Below the pieces are notes generated by a model that was given only the letters and a program-made list of their open reading frames with translations, did not search any database and was not told the origin of the DNA. From assembly GCA_002269645.1 (NCBI GenBank), contig NIVC01003700.1:18046-82045 (forward strand): a DNA stretch of 64,000 nt, in the 5' to 3' direction. Of this stretch, positions 41,903 through 54,114 are shown piece by piece; position 1 is the stretch's first letter, and each line of letters starts with the position of its first letter. The position numbers were made by a program, and so were the translations under genes. Origin of the DNA: Macrostomum lignano (Eukaryota).

Positions 41903-43144
41903 ATCCGTTTTGTAAAGCTTCTCAAGTAGTAGGGGCTGAATTTCTGCAGTTTTCTCGGCTTTGAAATTTACAATTAGTTGCAGTTGTTTGCTGGGATCAG
42001 AGTTGTTTGAGGTTTCTTTCTCAAATCGCTTTCAGACTGAGAAGCGAGAAAGAGTTTTTTATTGGCTATTCTATCTGACTTCGGCTAGAGTTTTCCTGTC
42101 TAGGGGTTGGAAGAAAATATTCCATTGTTCTTGTAAACTGCTGCCTCCCTGCCGGGGTAGAGAAGTTAGCGCTAGTCACACGATTCTCAAGTTTTGTTGT
42201 TAGCAACGCGACGAATTTTTTTCACAACTCCCAATTAATTTTTCCACAAAGACTCGCGTCCCTCAGTAACTGCGAAGAATTTTATGTATTGAGTTAACTG
42301 CCTGAGAATCCTTACAAGTGGAAACTGTCCGTATAAACTACCTGTTGCCAGGTGTGCCAGTGGCGTTTTTGAGGGCTGAGTCAGGCGATAGATACACTGC
42401 TAATACTGTGCAGGGGACGCAAATTTGAGTACTTCTAATGCTGCTAAGGACTGCTAGCCACGGGATTAGGATGCAGAGCGGCTCATGGTTAGTGCCTTAG
42501 AGACAGTGCAAGCATAAATGCTAGCCCATATTCAAACAATGCTGCATATGCTTAAAACTTTCTTCATAAATAATAAAATCGAAGCAGATTGAACTGTTAG
42601 AGCTTTGACTGTGAAAAATATTAGTTTGGTTTGCGTCTATTTTACCTGACAGCTAAATTGTAGATATAGTGGCTTTCCACGCATTATTTGCGTTCTCCAG
42701 GATGTTCTTTGGTAACATTTAATAATATCACGTAAAATCTTTATGTCTACGTTTTATCTGAGATTTAGAATGCCTTTTCGGGAGCTATTTTCATAAATAC
42801 CTCAAAAGGCATGTTTATTCATCTACATAACTCTCGCAAAAATATATATTTTAAAGGTGCGAAGCCGCAAATTTATAAAAAAGAAACACAGTGCATTGTC
42901 AAAAAGTAGAAAGTATTGAAGGAATAGTTGTTTTCGATCAGAATTCAGGATTTGATACAAAAATTGATCTACGAACTGCATTGAATTGTTTAATCAGTTA
43001 CCAGCATGCAAAAAGTTAAACAAATTATGTATCACTTAAGATTTTCATTATGTATTCAGTCAAGAATGCAATTAATTTTGGATTAAGTAATTAATGAGTC
43101 TCGTCAGTGATGCGAAAAAGCCACTGACACTAAATTGGCATAAT

Positions 43145-44132
43145 TTAGAGTGATCCTGAAACCATGCACTCAAACGTATTCATTGAATAGGAGTGCACGA
43201 ACGGGTAAACTGGATCTTGCGACATAAATGATATGCCGACGCCAGAATAAGGCTGCGTCTGATTGAAAGCAAACGGAGGTTCGAAGTACTTTCCGTTCGG
43301 ATTGAAGCAGTGACAGTTAGCGTACCACCAGGCTCCGTGATAGCTGATAGCGCAGTTTTGAGTGCCCGCATCCTGGTCTCTGTCCATGGTGCTGAACATA
43401 CTTCCATTTAAAAAGTATGGGCTGCTATGGCTACAGGCTACCACATTCGATTTGCTCAAATCCTGCTCTCCGACGCTGACTCGGTATCCCTGACTGGCGT
43501 CCTGCACAGTGAAGTGAGCGTCCTCCCACCAGTAGCGAGTGCCGTTCCAGTCGCTCATCTCCCACCTCGCGCGCCTGTCTCCGGCTCGAGTGAGCTGGTG
43601 GATCGCCTCCAGACCCATCCAGTAGTTTCTGTCCTCGCCCTGTCCGAACTCAGTCAAGTAGTCTGTCCAGTTCCGGTAGAAATCTACCGAGCCGTCCACT
43701 CGGTGCTGGAAGGTGCGCCAGCAGGTTCGTCCGAGCTCGTCCAGCTGTCTCACCTGTATTATCACGGTTAGCCAAATCGTAGGGTCAATAATTATGCATC
43801 ACGATAGCAACAGACATTTTAAAATAAAAATGAATCACACGGTGAGCACCTACCAGCAGCAGAGGCAGCGTCGAGTTTCTCGCATTGCGGCACTTTCTGC
43901 ATCCGCTCGTTCCAAGCTGGCAGCTGTACAATCGACAAGTGTCCCGCTCGCGATCGAACTCAACCGCTTGGTGCTGCGGTCCAGCGAGAGTCGCGCACTC
44001 CAAGTCGCTCCGCACGCCAGCCACCGAGCTGTCAAGCTTGTACTCGCTCAGGTCGTCCCTCTGCACGGCCCATCGGTCCTCGCAGAAACCGCCGCAGAAG
44101 AAAATGGCCACTACGAGCAGTGCGTAGATCAT
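43145..44132 (-). CDS. Secreted fibrinogen-related protein copy 2 (divergent C-terminal FReD half)
   Basis: Exon 44132-43854, 100-bp intron, exon 43753-43145. Same FReD motifs, with FSTMDRDQD and GAWWYANCHCFNPNGKY. Signal peptide MIYALLVVAIFFCGGFC. Confidence 0.9.
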
Positions 44133-45242
44133 GGCGAGTTTTCGAAAGAAAAATTGAGTGCCTGCACAATTTAGACTTTTTACGAGCGTAGCTCAATAGA
44201 CGCGGTCTGGTTAGCTGCTACCTGTGTTACAAGTGGGCTTAGTAAGAAGATTCTTTATGCGCATTCTTAATATGCACCTTCATCCACAGCCAGCTCTTGC
44301 GTTGCTAAAACAGTTTTTTGTTGTCACTGCGTAGATGCCTAACCCGTTAGAAAGACTGCTGGCGGAGGGAAGACTTAACAGCCCCAGCTGCCAACTCACA
44401 ACCAGTATTTGGGGAAGAAAGCTAATTAAAACGCTGCGTGGGCCACCGCGTCTTGCAGATCCCCTATAGCTAGCTAGATTTTGTTCCCAACTCACAAATT
44501 GCATTTTGGCCCGCAGTTTACACTTGCGACGAAGCTGCTAGGCTTTTGTTTGAGTGGAAACTTCCATTCCTACAGGCAACGGTAGTGCATGGTTTTGGCA
44601 GAATTATTACTTATTAATAAGCCGTAGCAGCTTCGTAGACAGAAGTATTGAAAAAGGCTTTTCTGAAGGCAATTTTCGGTAAAGCTTTGAACAGAAATAC
44701 ACTTTAGACAAGTCACTAGTGCATTTAGTTTCGAAGAAAATAAGCTAATTTACTCACACTACTTGCTGAAGCATGTTACGCATGGTCCTACAAAATCGAG
44801 ACGAAAAATGAAAAATAGCAAAGAAGCATATGCAATAGTATATAGCTGTTATTTTATATATAGTTTCAATAATAAAGACTCGAATAAAAGCTTAGCAGTA
44901 CACGCCTTAAAATGTGCCTGCGAATTTACAGATAAAAAAATAGTTTGCATTGTTTTCTCACAAATAAGCATTATGTTTAGAAGCATACAGCATGGATCCA
45001 TCCCTCTCTAGCTAAAGACTGTAAGATTCTAAAAGGTTTTTAGTACACGGAATAGTCAAATAAACAAATAACTATAATGCCAAATAGAAAGGCAAAGTCT
45101 ACCAACGTTAGGAGACGTAGACATACCGATCTTTTACGACACTGCAGATATCAGCTACGCGACTAAGTTTAAAAAAGGTTGTTGTGAAGCGCTCAAAACT
45201 TTTAAGGGGATAGATGACATATAGTAGGCACTAAAGTATAGT

Positions 45243-46214
45243 TCAAACAGAAGCAGCCACCATGCATTCAAAAGTCTTCATTGAGTAGTAGTGGTTCAGC
45301 GGATAGCCAATGCCTGGGGAAGTGAACGTAAGTCCGTCAGCCCACAACGGTGGAGACAAGTTAAGAGCTGTTGGAGGCGTGAAGTACCGACCGTTCGGGT
45401 TGAAGCAGTGACAACTGCCGTACCACCAGGCTCCTTGGTAGGTGACTGCGCAGTTATGGGACCATCTGTCTTGATCCTTATCCGGTGTGCTGAACATTGC
45501 ATTGTTCATGTAGGCACCAACAGTATGACTGCAAGTTGCAACATTCGACCGGCTGACGTCAGGCTCTCCGACGCTGACTCGGTATCCCTGACTGGCGTCC
45601 TGCACAGTGAAGTGAGCGTCCTCCCACCAGTAGCGAGTGCCGTTCCAGTCGCTCATCTCCCACCTCGCGCGCCTGTCTCCGGCTCGAGTGAGCTGGTGGA
45701 TCGCCTCCAGACCCATCCAGTAGTTTCTGTCCTCGCCCTGGCCGAACTCAGTCAAGTAGTCTGTCCAGTTCCGGTAGAAATCCACCGAGCCGTCCACTCG
45801 GTGCTGGAAGGTGCGCCAGCAGGTTCGTCCGAGCTCGTCCAGCTGTCTCACCTGTATTATCACGGTTAGCCAAATGCATCACGGTTGCAAAAGACATTGG
45901 AAAAAATGGATCACACGGTGAGCACCTACCAGCAGCAGAGGCAGCGTCGAGTTTCTCGCATTGCGGCACTTTCTGCATCCGCTCGTTCCAAGCTGGCAGC
46001 TGTACAATCGACAAGTGTCCCGCTCGCGATCGAACTCAACCGCTTGGTGCTGCGGTCCAGCGAGAGTCGCGCACTCCAAGTCGCTCCGCACGCCAGCCAC
46101 CGAGCTGTCAAGCTTGTACTCGCTCAGGTCGTCTCTCTGCTCAGCCCAACTGTATTGAGCAGACGCCGCTCTGTAGCAGAAGAATAAAATTAGTGAATGG
46201 AAAATCAATGCCAT
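45243..46214 (-). CDS. Secreted fibrinogen-related protein copy 3
   Basis: ATG at 46214 (MALIFHSLILFFCYRAASA), exon to 45930, 78-bp intron, exon 45851-45243. The C-terminal half is almost identical to copy 1. Confidence 0.9.
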
Positions 46215-47240
46215 GTTTTCCTCTATTTTTTTGCAAAGCAAAATTTCTCTATTCAGTTTTTTCCGCAAAAAGAGTCAATGTGCCGTTTTTTATACTTCTA
46301 CACTGCCGTCGCTGCCTACCAGAAAAGTTGTACAAATGTTTACCAAGCTTCATATGGTTGTTAGCTCAATTTCTACTACATGAAGACCTGCGTCTTAGAA
46401 GGTTGAAACTAGAGACACTTAGTGTAAGCAAAATTCAAAGTCTGCAGCAACTTAAATTATGTATTAGCAAGTCAGCTTGACTGTCAATAACGCGTTTAGA
46501 ATTTACACTCTTCAAAATTCCTAGTTGAATTTTTATTATTGGTAGACTCTGCGAGAGCTTTTGATGGCTAAACTTAAATTTTTATGTCATTTAGACTGTG
46601 GGTCGTACTATAAAGCTGTCGTGGCGTAAGTCGGAACTTTTACACTGCGGAGATAGGAGCTAAGATCGATCTTATCTTACGATGGCTTTATCGAATGGGC
46701 CCTGTATCGTTATAAAAGATTTCACCTTAGCAGCAATGATAAACATTAGGGTACTAACAAGAAATGGATTTTAGTTCCTACTAACACGGTTTTACGGGGC
46801 TTAGTCAGATGTACTTGCTTGCTTGGTTTATGATCTAAAATTAACGTTTAAGTCAGAGTAAAACTCCTAGATCAGACATGAAGCTAACTGTTTGTTTGTA
46901 CTCTGGCATAAGCGTACACAAACTATACGCGTATAAATAGGCGTCTTGCGTGTATTTTAACGCTAAATTTGTTGCCGAAAATAGCACGTGACAGCAATGC
47001 GAGTGTACTTCTAAAGGCTCCTGCGGTTGCTCATAAAAATTCATAGCACAGCTCCTTCCTAAGTAACGCTCTAAGTATAAGATTCCTCAACGAAGTCTAC
47101 TGTAACTCGCAGCGACAGAGCGTGAGAGAAATTTGACTCGAATGTCAAAATATTGCTCGACCCTGAGTCAAACTAACTTGGCAACTCTTCCATATTGCAC
47201 AGTAGCCAAAAGCAAACAAGTCTAAAATAGTAGAACAACA

Positions 47241-50200
47241 ATGTCTGGCCAATTTGGCTCTTGGGAGCAGCTGGACTGCCTGGGCTGCGGTGGACAGGCC
47301 AGAGTGTTCAAAGTGCGCACTGACCGAGGGGACGTGCTAGCGGCGAAGTACTTGGATTTACCACCTGGCGAGGAAACTGCAGCTTCAGCAGTGACAGAAG
47401 CAAGTCTGCTTGTAGGCCTCTGTCATCGCAATATTGTCCAGTTCGCCGCCACCAGGTTCGATCCCGCGGTTGGACAGCGATTAATTCTGTTCACAGAATT
47501 TATCGAAGGCCAGACGCTGCGCTGCATCATCAACGGTCAGCCGTTGGAGCAGGCGAAGATTCGAACCTACAGCCTGCAGGTCCGTAGGTTTCAGATTTCG
47601 TTTTACAACACTGAGCTGGACTAATAATATCTTTATAATCTTAGTAGTGCCACTGAATTGATCCGTTTGGCGAAACCAGGAGATCCTTTCCTTCCATAGT
47701 AATAAAACCACTGTGATGACGCTCCATAGAACAGCGTGTCTCAATGTCGGTTGGAGTCGTAGGGAAGTAGACAGGATGGGTGTGTAATATTCTGGATTCG
47801 TCATCTTGTCCTCTTGTTGTGTCCTCTTCTCCAACAAGCGGTGACAGTTTACAAAACACAGGAAAATTGGATTATGGCTTACCTAACTACGACACAAAGA
47901 GCCGCATTAGCCATCGTAGATTTTTGGTCGAAGACCAAAGCCAAAAGTTACGTACGATAGAGAACTTGTAAATTTCTAACGCCAAGTACCAAATTTTACG
48001 CAAATACAGCTAGCCGAGGCGCTCAACTACATCCACACTCGCCGACCGCCTGTGATTCATCGCGACGTCAACTGTAACAACGTCATGATACGACCAGACG
48101 ATACGCTTAAGGTGATCGATTTCGGTCTGTCCACCTGCCTGCAACCGTTAGAGGACGCGTCCTCAGCTTGCGGCTCAACCGTGAACTCAACGGCAAGCTC
48201 CCGGCATCAGTTAGGCACGGTGGGATTCCTGGCACCTGAAATTCTCTACCGGAAAGAGAAGCTTGGTGTCGCACAGTACAGCGCTCAGTCGGATATTTGG
48301 GCGTTCGGCTGCACAGTTTACCAGATGGCTACTGGCCAGGCGCCTTATTACTCATCTCAGCCAGCCGTCTACATCTACAGAGTGGTGAAGCAAGGCGCTC
48401 CTCAGCTACCCAAGGCCGCTTATTCCGAGGAGCTGCGCCAATTCTATCACGGCTGCGTGTGCAAGGATAGGCGACGCAGATTCACCGCTGGGGACCTGCT
48501 GCAGCACAACTTCTTATTGTACAGGTTCGTTGCAAAAGTCCTTGGCTCATTGTTGGTTGCTTTTGGTCTGCTAGGCCATGATAACTAATCAGTGTTGTTA
48601 ATATGGCCCGCCTTCCGTTGAGCAGTTCAGCGGGTAAATGCATCCAACTCAGGACTGCGCTACGGCCCAGATTCAATTCCTTACGCGGTCACAATCATTT
48701 GCAGCTCGTCAGCATGAGACTTTGCCGAGAGGGTTGTCGCGCGCGATTCACAGCCATGATAGACAACAACCACGGCACAGAGTGTTCACTTGCCTAATGA
48801 TTAGAAAGTCAGGGAAGCTGTACACCCTGTGTGAGCGTGTGTATGAGTGCGTGCCTGCGTGCAGTATTGGCAAGCTTAAATGTGCTCAGGAGTGCCGACA
48901 GCCCTCCTGCAATTATTTATTTTATATATTTTAAGGTGGCAATTTAAAAGAACCTCCTGCTTTTTTTGGGCAGTAAGACTCTGCGCGGATGATGTAGCCT
49001 GTCAGCTGGAGTCTACGACGGCGGAACAAGTAAACTCTCGAGGGTGAAAGGGAGTGAGAGCAACTAACTCGAAAGCGGATTTTGATGATTGATGGTAGAC
49101 TCAACAAAATAAGAAATCCTGATCCAGAACTTTTACGCGTTGTTCAATCTTATTAGATTTTTTTGCCTCTAAACCAAACCCACTAAACATTTTAGACCGG
49201 AAGAGCTTCGGGAGCTGCGCCAGCTTGTGCAGGACTACCAGCGCCAGTGCGCCGAGCAGACGCAGCTGCACGCACGCGAGAAGCAGCAGGCGGCTGAGCG
49301 AAAGCGCAAGAGAATCGCGTCGGCAAACGCGGAGGCGACGCGCGAACGACAACGACTCCAAATTCGGCTGGCGATGGCTCAGAAAGTGGCAAAAAAAGCG
49401 GCGGGTAAACGTCGACGAGAGGCGGCGCAGCGAGCCAGGTAAAGAGCATTGTGACATAAAACTTTGTGCAACAGACGACGGGAAACTCTGTAGACCCCGG
49501 CAGGAGTGAGTACGTGCTCAAGGGACAGCAGAAAGGTTATTCCTTGCTGGTTATAAGTTAATTGTTGTCTTGATTTAAAGCAGTGACCAATACCGGTAGA
49601 TATAAGTAACTACCGATTGAAAGGCTCTAGATTAATCCTTGTTCTTTTCTACTGGCATGACAAAGGAAACGATATAATACGAGTACACATTACAAGTGAT
49701 ATAATACGAGTTTATATGAATACAGCTAACACAAGCATAGTACGACTCGTACAAAGTAAAGGTTACATAGTACACGCACATTGTGCGATAAGAACCACGT
49801 ACCAGCTATAGAGTACAAATTCATAGAGGTAACATTTCATTAAATAGGGAGAGAAGAGCTCGAAGGTCTCGCATGCAGTCTGGCACGGATGAAGACGTGA
49901 ATTTGTTGGTGACAGCCGCCGCGGAGGCTGATGAAGCTGCAACAGTGGAACAGCTGACCAGAGACCTCGCTGCTGCCATGGACTCTTTTCGTCGGGACCT
50001 TCTGGCAGTCGAGCTAAGACTCTCAGAGCAGCTGCTGCAGCTGGATACTGAGGACATTGCAGAGCGTGCTGCTCAGCAACTAGAACTGGACACAAAGATG
50101 CTCATGCTGAAGAGTGCTGAAGCGACTGCCAAGTTCGATAAGGTAAGTGTCTTACTTAGACCGTTGACTGAAGACCCTTGACCCGGGAAAAGCATCGAAC

Positions 50201-51769
50201 TAACTTTTCAACGCACAATGAGAATTTATTAATACGTTCGTAAGCTTTTGTGTTGAAGGTACGACAGTCACAAGCTGTTCATGGAGGTCCCCGGAGTCGT
50301 CCTGCGGGTGGCCCGGAGGTAGCGCATGAGCTGATCGAAATTTTTGGGTTTGTCTGGCTGAAACTACACTTGGCGCTGGTGATGTTGCCCCGCAGGTACT
50401 GGTGCCTTGAGAAACAACCGTGACCTGATAGGGTCGTAGGTGGCAGCCCAGTCCGGATGCTTCCGGAGCTGATGAGGGCTGGGGAACAGCGCCTTAGTCA
50501 GAATACTAAAGAGATGTGATTATCGTTGATTCTTATACTTGCATTGCTGTCTTAAATCCAGTGCATTTTTTCAGTGCATCTTGAACGCGATCACTCGTCA
50601 AAAAAATAAGTACCAATCGTGCGCAGGAACTGGAACGGCACCGACGCGAGGTCGAATCGCAGCGCGCCGCGCAGCTTCGTTCGCACGCTCTCGAGCGGCG
50701 CTGCTGGCAGCGTCAATTAGAAGCCGAGCGCGCTACCAGAGCTCGGCAATACCGTGAGAGCCTAATCGTGGCGACTACGCGTCGCTGTGGTGGCTCAAAC
50801 GCCGAGTCCGATGGCGAGGCGGCAGCGGAGACGGCCAGACTAGCCGACGAGTTCGCGGACTCGCCAGCAGAGCTGGAGCGAGTCAGGCTGGGCATGGAGC
50901 GGCTGGAGGAGCGCTTGGCCAGGTTAGCTGGGATCAGCGCGTGCTATGCCTGATTGCGACTTGCGGTAGTGATGGTGGTGCACTGCAATTTACTGGAAAA
51001 GCTGGGACTAGATTAGAGGATTCGACTGACAACAGGATGAAAGCTTGAAGTAGTTAGAAGTCTAGATTGAAGATTCTTGAAGACTCGACGGGAAAACTTC
51101 GAGGGGCAGAGCAGCACAACGCGTCCGACTCTTGCGCCGGCGACCCCTGTTTCGATCCATTTGGGGCTTGTGCGCACTATTGGCACTAAAATTGTACGAG
51201 GGAGCTGTCTTGCGATTCACACCTGTGAGGGCCGACCCCCAAGACACAGAGAGTGCACATTCCAGACTATTAGAAAGTCGGGGCCGCTGTACACCCTGTG
51301 TGAGCGTGTGTCCAAGCACAATTGTATGTGCTTAGGGGACAGCGGAATGGGCGGAATTGCATCGACGCTGGTTTTGAGACGATTTCGCCATCGTTTCGAG
51401 ACGAAGGCGTTGCGTCGGGGTGCCCACAGAGTGGCACCAATATGATCGTTTCTAAGGAAAATCTACAGTAGTCTGGATCTCTCGTTCCCTAACAACAAAC
51501 ACAGAGAAAGAGACGAGCTTAGCAGTCGAGCAGCGCGGACCGAGGAGCACCTCCGCCAGGAGCTGCAGGAGCGTCTCGACCGGCTGTCGCTGCTGGCGGC
51601 TGACAAGCGTCGACAGCTCGAATCGGAGAGAACGCGCCGATTGACCGAGGCGCGCGAGACAGCGCGTCGGCGCCGTTTAGAAGCGGAAATGGCGGAAGTC
51701 GATGCCAATGGTGCAGGAGTGACTAGCAATGGAACCTTAATCAACTCTAGCGAGCACGAAGTAGGTTAA
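47241..51769 (+). CDS. Ser/Thr protein kinase (STE11/MAP3K-like catalytic domain) with long C-terminal coiled coil; 3' end uncertain
   Basis: Phase-consistent exons: 47241-47579, 48010-48524, 49196-49438, 49848-50142, 50627-50922, 51505-51760 (donor GTAGGT, or read-through to TAA at 51767-51769). Kinase motifs GCGGQARV, LAAK, HRNIVQF, LFTEF, IHRDVNCNN, DFG, GTVGFLAPE, SDIWAFGCTVYQMATG. Exons 3-6 are E/R/Q/L/A-rich helical sequence. Confidence 0.82.
48612..48860 (+). mobile_element. tRNA-derived SINE family B, copy 2 (kinase intron 2)
   Basis: A-box-like AGTTCAGCGGGTAA and B-box-like GATTCAATTCC. Body GCGATTCAC...ATTAGAAAGTCAGGGAAGCTGTACACCCTGTGTGAGCGTGTGT is collinear with the 51.2-kb copy. 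Confidence 0.6.
51100..51330 (+). mobile_element. tRNA-derived SINE family B, copy 3 (kinase intron 5)
   Basis: tRNA-like head GCGTCCGACTCTTGCGCCGGCGACCCCTGTTTCGATCC, followed by the shared body ending CTGTACACCCTGTGTGAGCGTGTGT. Confidence 0.62.
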
Positions 51770-51819
51770 AGTATGTACAGTGGATGCTACAGTTGAATAC
51801 GGTGGTTTTCAACTGGGCA

Positions 51820-52556
51820 GTGAGGAGGAGTTGGAAATCTATGGGGTGGGTGCCTTTAATGTACAGTCTAGAAGGGTTAGGAAGATCTATGGGGTGGGTG
51901 TCTTTAATGTACAGTCTAGAAGGGTTAGGAAAATCTATGGGGTGGGTGCCTTTAATGTACAGTCTAGAAGGGTTAGGAAAATCTATGGGGTGGGTGCTTT
52001 TAATGTACAGTCTAGAACGGTTAGGAAAATCTATGGGGTGGGTGTCTTTAATGTACAGTCTAGAAGGGTTAGGAAAATCTATGGGGTAGGTGCCTTTAAT
52101 GTACAGTCTAGAAGGGTTAGGAAAATCTATGGGGTGGGTGCCTTTAATGTACTGTCTAGAAGGGTTAGGAAAATCTATGGGGTGGGTGCCTTTAATGTAC
52201 TGTCTAGAAGGGTTAGGAAAATCTATGGGGTGGGTGCTTTTAATGTACAGTCTAGAACGGTTAGGAAAATTTATGGGGTGGGTACTTTTAATGTACAGTC
52301 TAGAACGGTTAGGAAAATCTATGGGGTGGGCGCTTTTAATGCACAGTCTAGAACGGTTAGGAAAATCTATGGGGTGGGTGTCTTTAATGTACAGTCTAGA
52401 AGGGTTAGGAAAATCTATGGGGTAGGTGCTTTTAATGTGCAGTCTAGAAAGGTTAGGAAAATCTATGGGATAAGTGTTTTCAATATACAGTCTAGAGGGG
52501 GTAGGAAAATCTATGGGGTGGGTGTCTTCAATGTACAGTCTAGAGGGGTAGGAAAG
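51820..52556. repeat. 48-bp minisatellite (GAAAATCTATGGGGTGGGTGCCTTTAATGTACAGTCTAGAAGGGTTAG)
   Basis: About 15 units directly after kinase exon 6. Confidence 0.96.
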
Positions 52557-53849
52557 AAATGAATATACAGGTAAATTTTGACAAAAATCAAGTTTCAAAT
52601 TACTTCTGTTCCGTCATATACCCACATAAGAACCTGGAGTATCAAAGTGGAATAAATACTGGATAAAATACATGTTGCTTCAAATTAATATCACTGTTTG
52701 ATTATACAACATGCATGCAAATTTTGTTCTTCCTAAATATATCAGATTCTAGAAATATAAAATGTAAAAATGTAAACAAAATTAATTGGCATCCTGTTTT
52801 GTAAAAAATAAAACAAAGAACAACAATATTTAATACGATTTTGCTAATGAAACTGTAATAAGTTATGCATTCAAAAACAGCAATACGGTATCGCGTTTTA
52901 TTATATTTTCAACATTTCAAATAAACTTTTTCTACGCATACGGTAAAACAAATTTAAAATAGAATAGCGCATCGCACAGGGCACGCGTTTTTACTCAGAA
53001 AAAAATAGTCAGCAGTAAAAATCTTCAGAGATAAAACCTTTTTTGCAATATTTTGCTCTCGAAAACTAGTAGATTTAAACAAAACTTTTTCTAAACAAGG
53101 TTTTCTCTACGAAGCACCAGGCGTTTGTTCTGTCGCAACCCCAGACAGACGATCGCGCAAGAGATTTTTGAACGGATTTTCTTTCTGCTGCCTAACAAAT
53201 AAGCGATAACATATAGGATAATTTGCTAACTACTCTACTAACTACTACGACGTAAGTAGCGTACTAGGGTTTTACGACTATATTAGTTAAAAAATCTAAA
53301 CTTTTAATGCACAGTATAAATAATTTAAAATAGTGAAATTCGCGTAGAGTGTAGAGAAATACAAAAATATACTACTTATAGTAGTCGATCATTGTACATT
53401 TTAGAAAAAATATATTAAAACAGAACAGTACGACAACGAATCTTTTAAGTGAAAGCAAGCCGCAGTAAACTGGTTGTACTTCTGCATACATAAGCAATAA
53501 GAATTCTTGAAAAAAGACAACATAAATGAAAAAAAAATGATAAATAATAGGAAATGATCCTCTAAATTATTTGCCTCTAGTTATAAAAAATTAGACAAAT
53601 TAATAAGCGCAATATATTGATACTCAAAGAAAAAAAGGACAACAAAAATATGAAACCAAATTAAAATTCGCACTCTAAAGTCTAAAATTACAATTAATAA
53701 TTGTCTGCTGCGTAATCAACTAGAGATAACAGGCCAATAAATAAATCTGTCAGCCAGTGCTGCAAAACGGCACTGATTGGCCTAATTGAGAGTTGATTTT
53801 GTTGAATTAAGGCACACCTTTGAGGTAAGGGACAGAAATTAGGTTTAGG

Positions 53850-54040
53850 GTTCTGGGGATCGATTCCTGGTGTCGCAACAGTAATTTGACCGACTTAGTG
53901 CAGGAAAAAATGGTTTTAGACAGAGGCCCACAAGGTTCAAACACGAGGTTATAGATATAGGCACAGCCTGTGACGATGCACAGAAATTCACAGGGCCGCT
54001 GTTCACCCTGTGTGATCCTGTACCTATGTACCTATCTGTC
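53850..54040 (+). mobile_element. tRNA-derived SINE family B, copy 4 (more diverged)
   Basis: B-box-like GGATCGATTCC at about 53858 and shared 3' motif CAGGGCCGCTGTTCACCCTGTGTGA at about 53990-54015. Confidence 0.45.
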
Positions 54041-54114
54041 TGCGAGTTCAGGGGATCGACTGTCACCTCTGATTAGCGGCAGAATACAAAATGGAGCTGC
54101 GAACTAACTCATAG

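Noticed and set aside
40957-46187. Plus-strand ORFs overlapping the FReD genes, and minus-strand ORFs over the GPCR and kinase coiled-coil exons
   Set aside because: Antisense shadows of GC-rich coding exons with no independent motifs.
48790-48812. Hammerhead-like CTAATGA...GAAA in SINE family B
   Set aside because: No stem II between the motifs, and the core CTGATGA is not conserved among the copies.
48638-54076. Apparent thrice-repeated protein module AIH...IRKSGxLYTLCERV
   Set aside because: A fourth copy at 29.3 kb has frame-breaking indels and the copies carry tRNA-like A/B boxes upstream, so the homology is better explained by a SINE than by a conserved protein domain.
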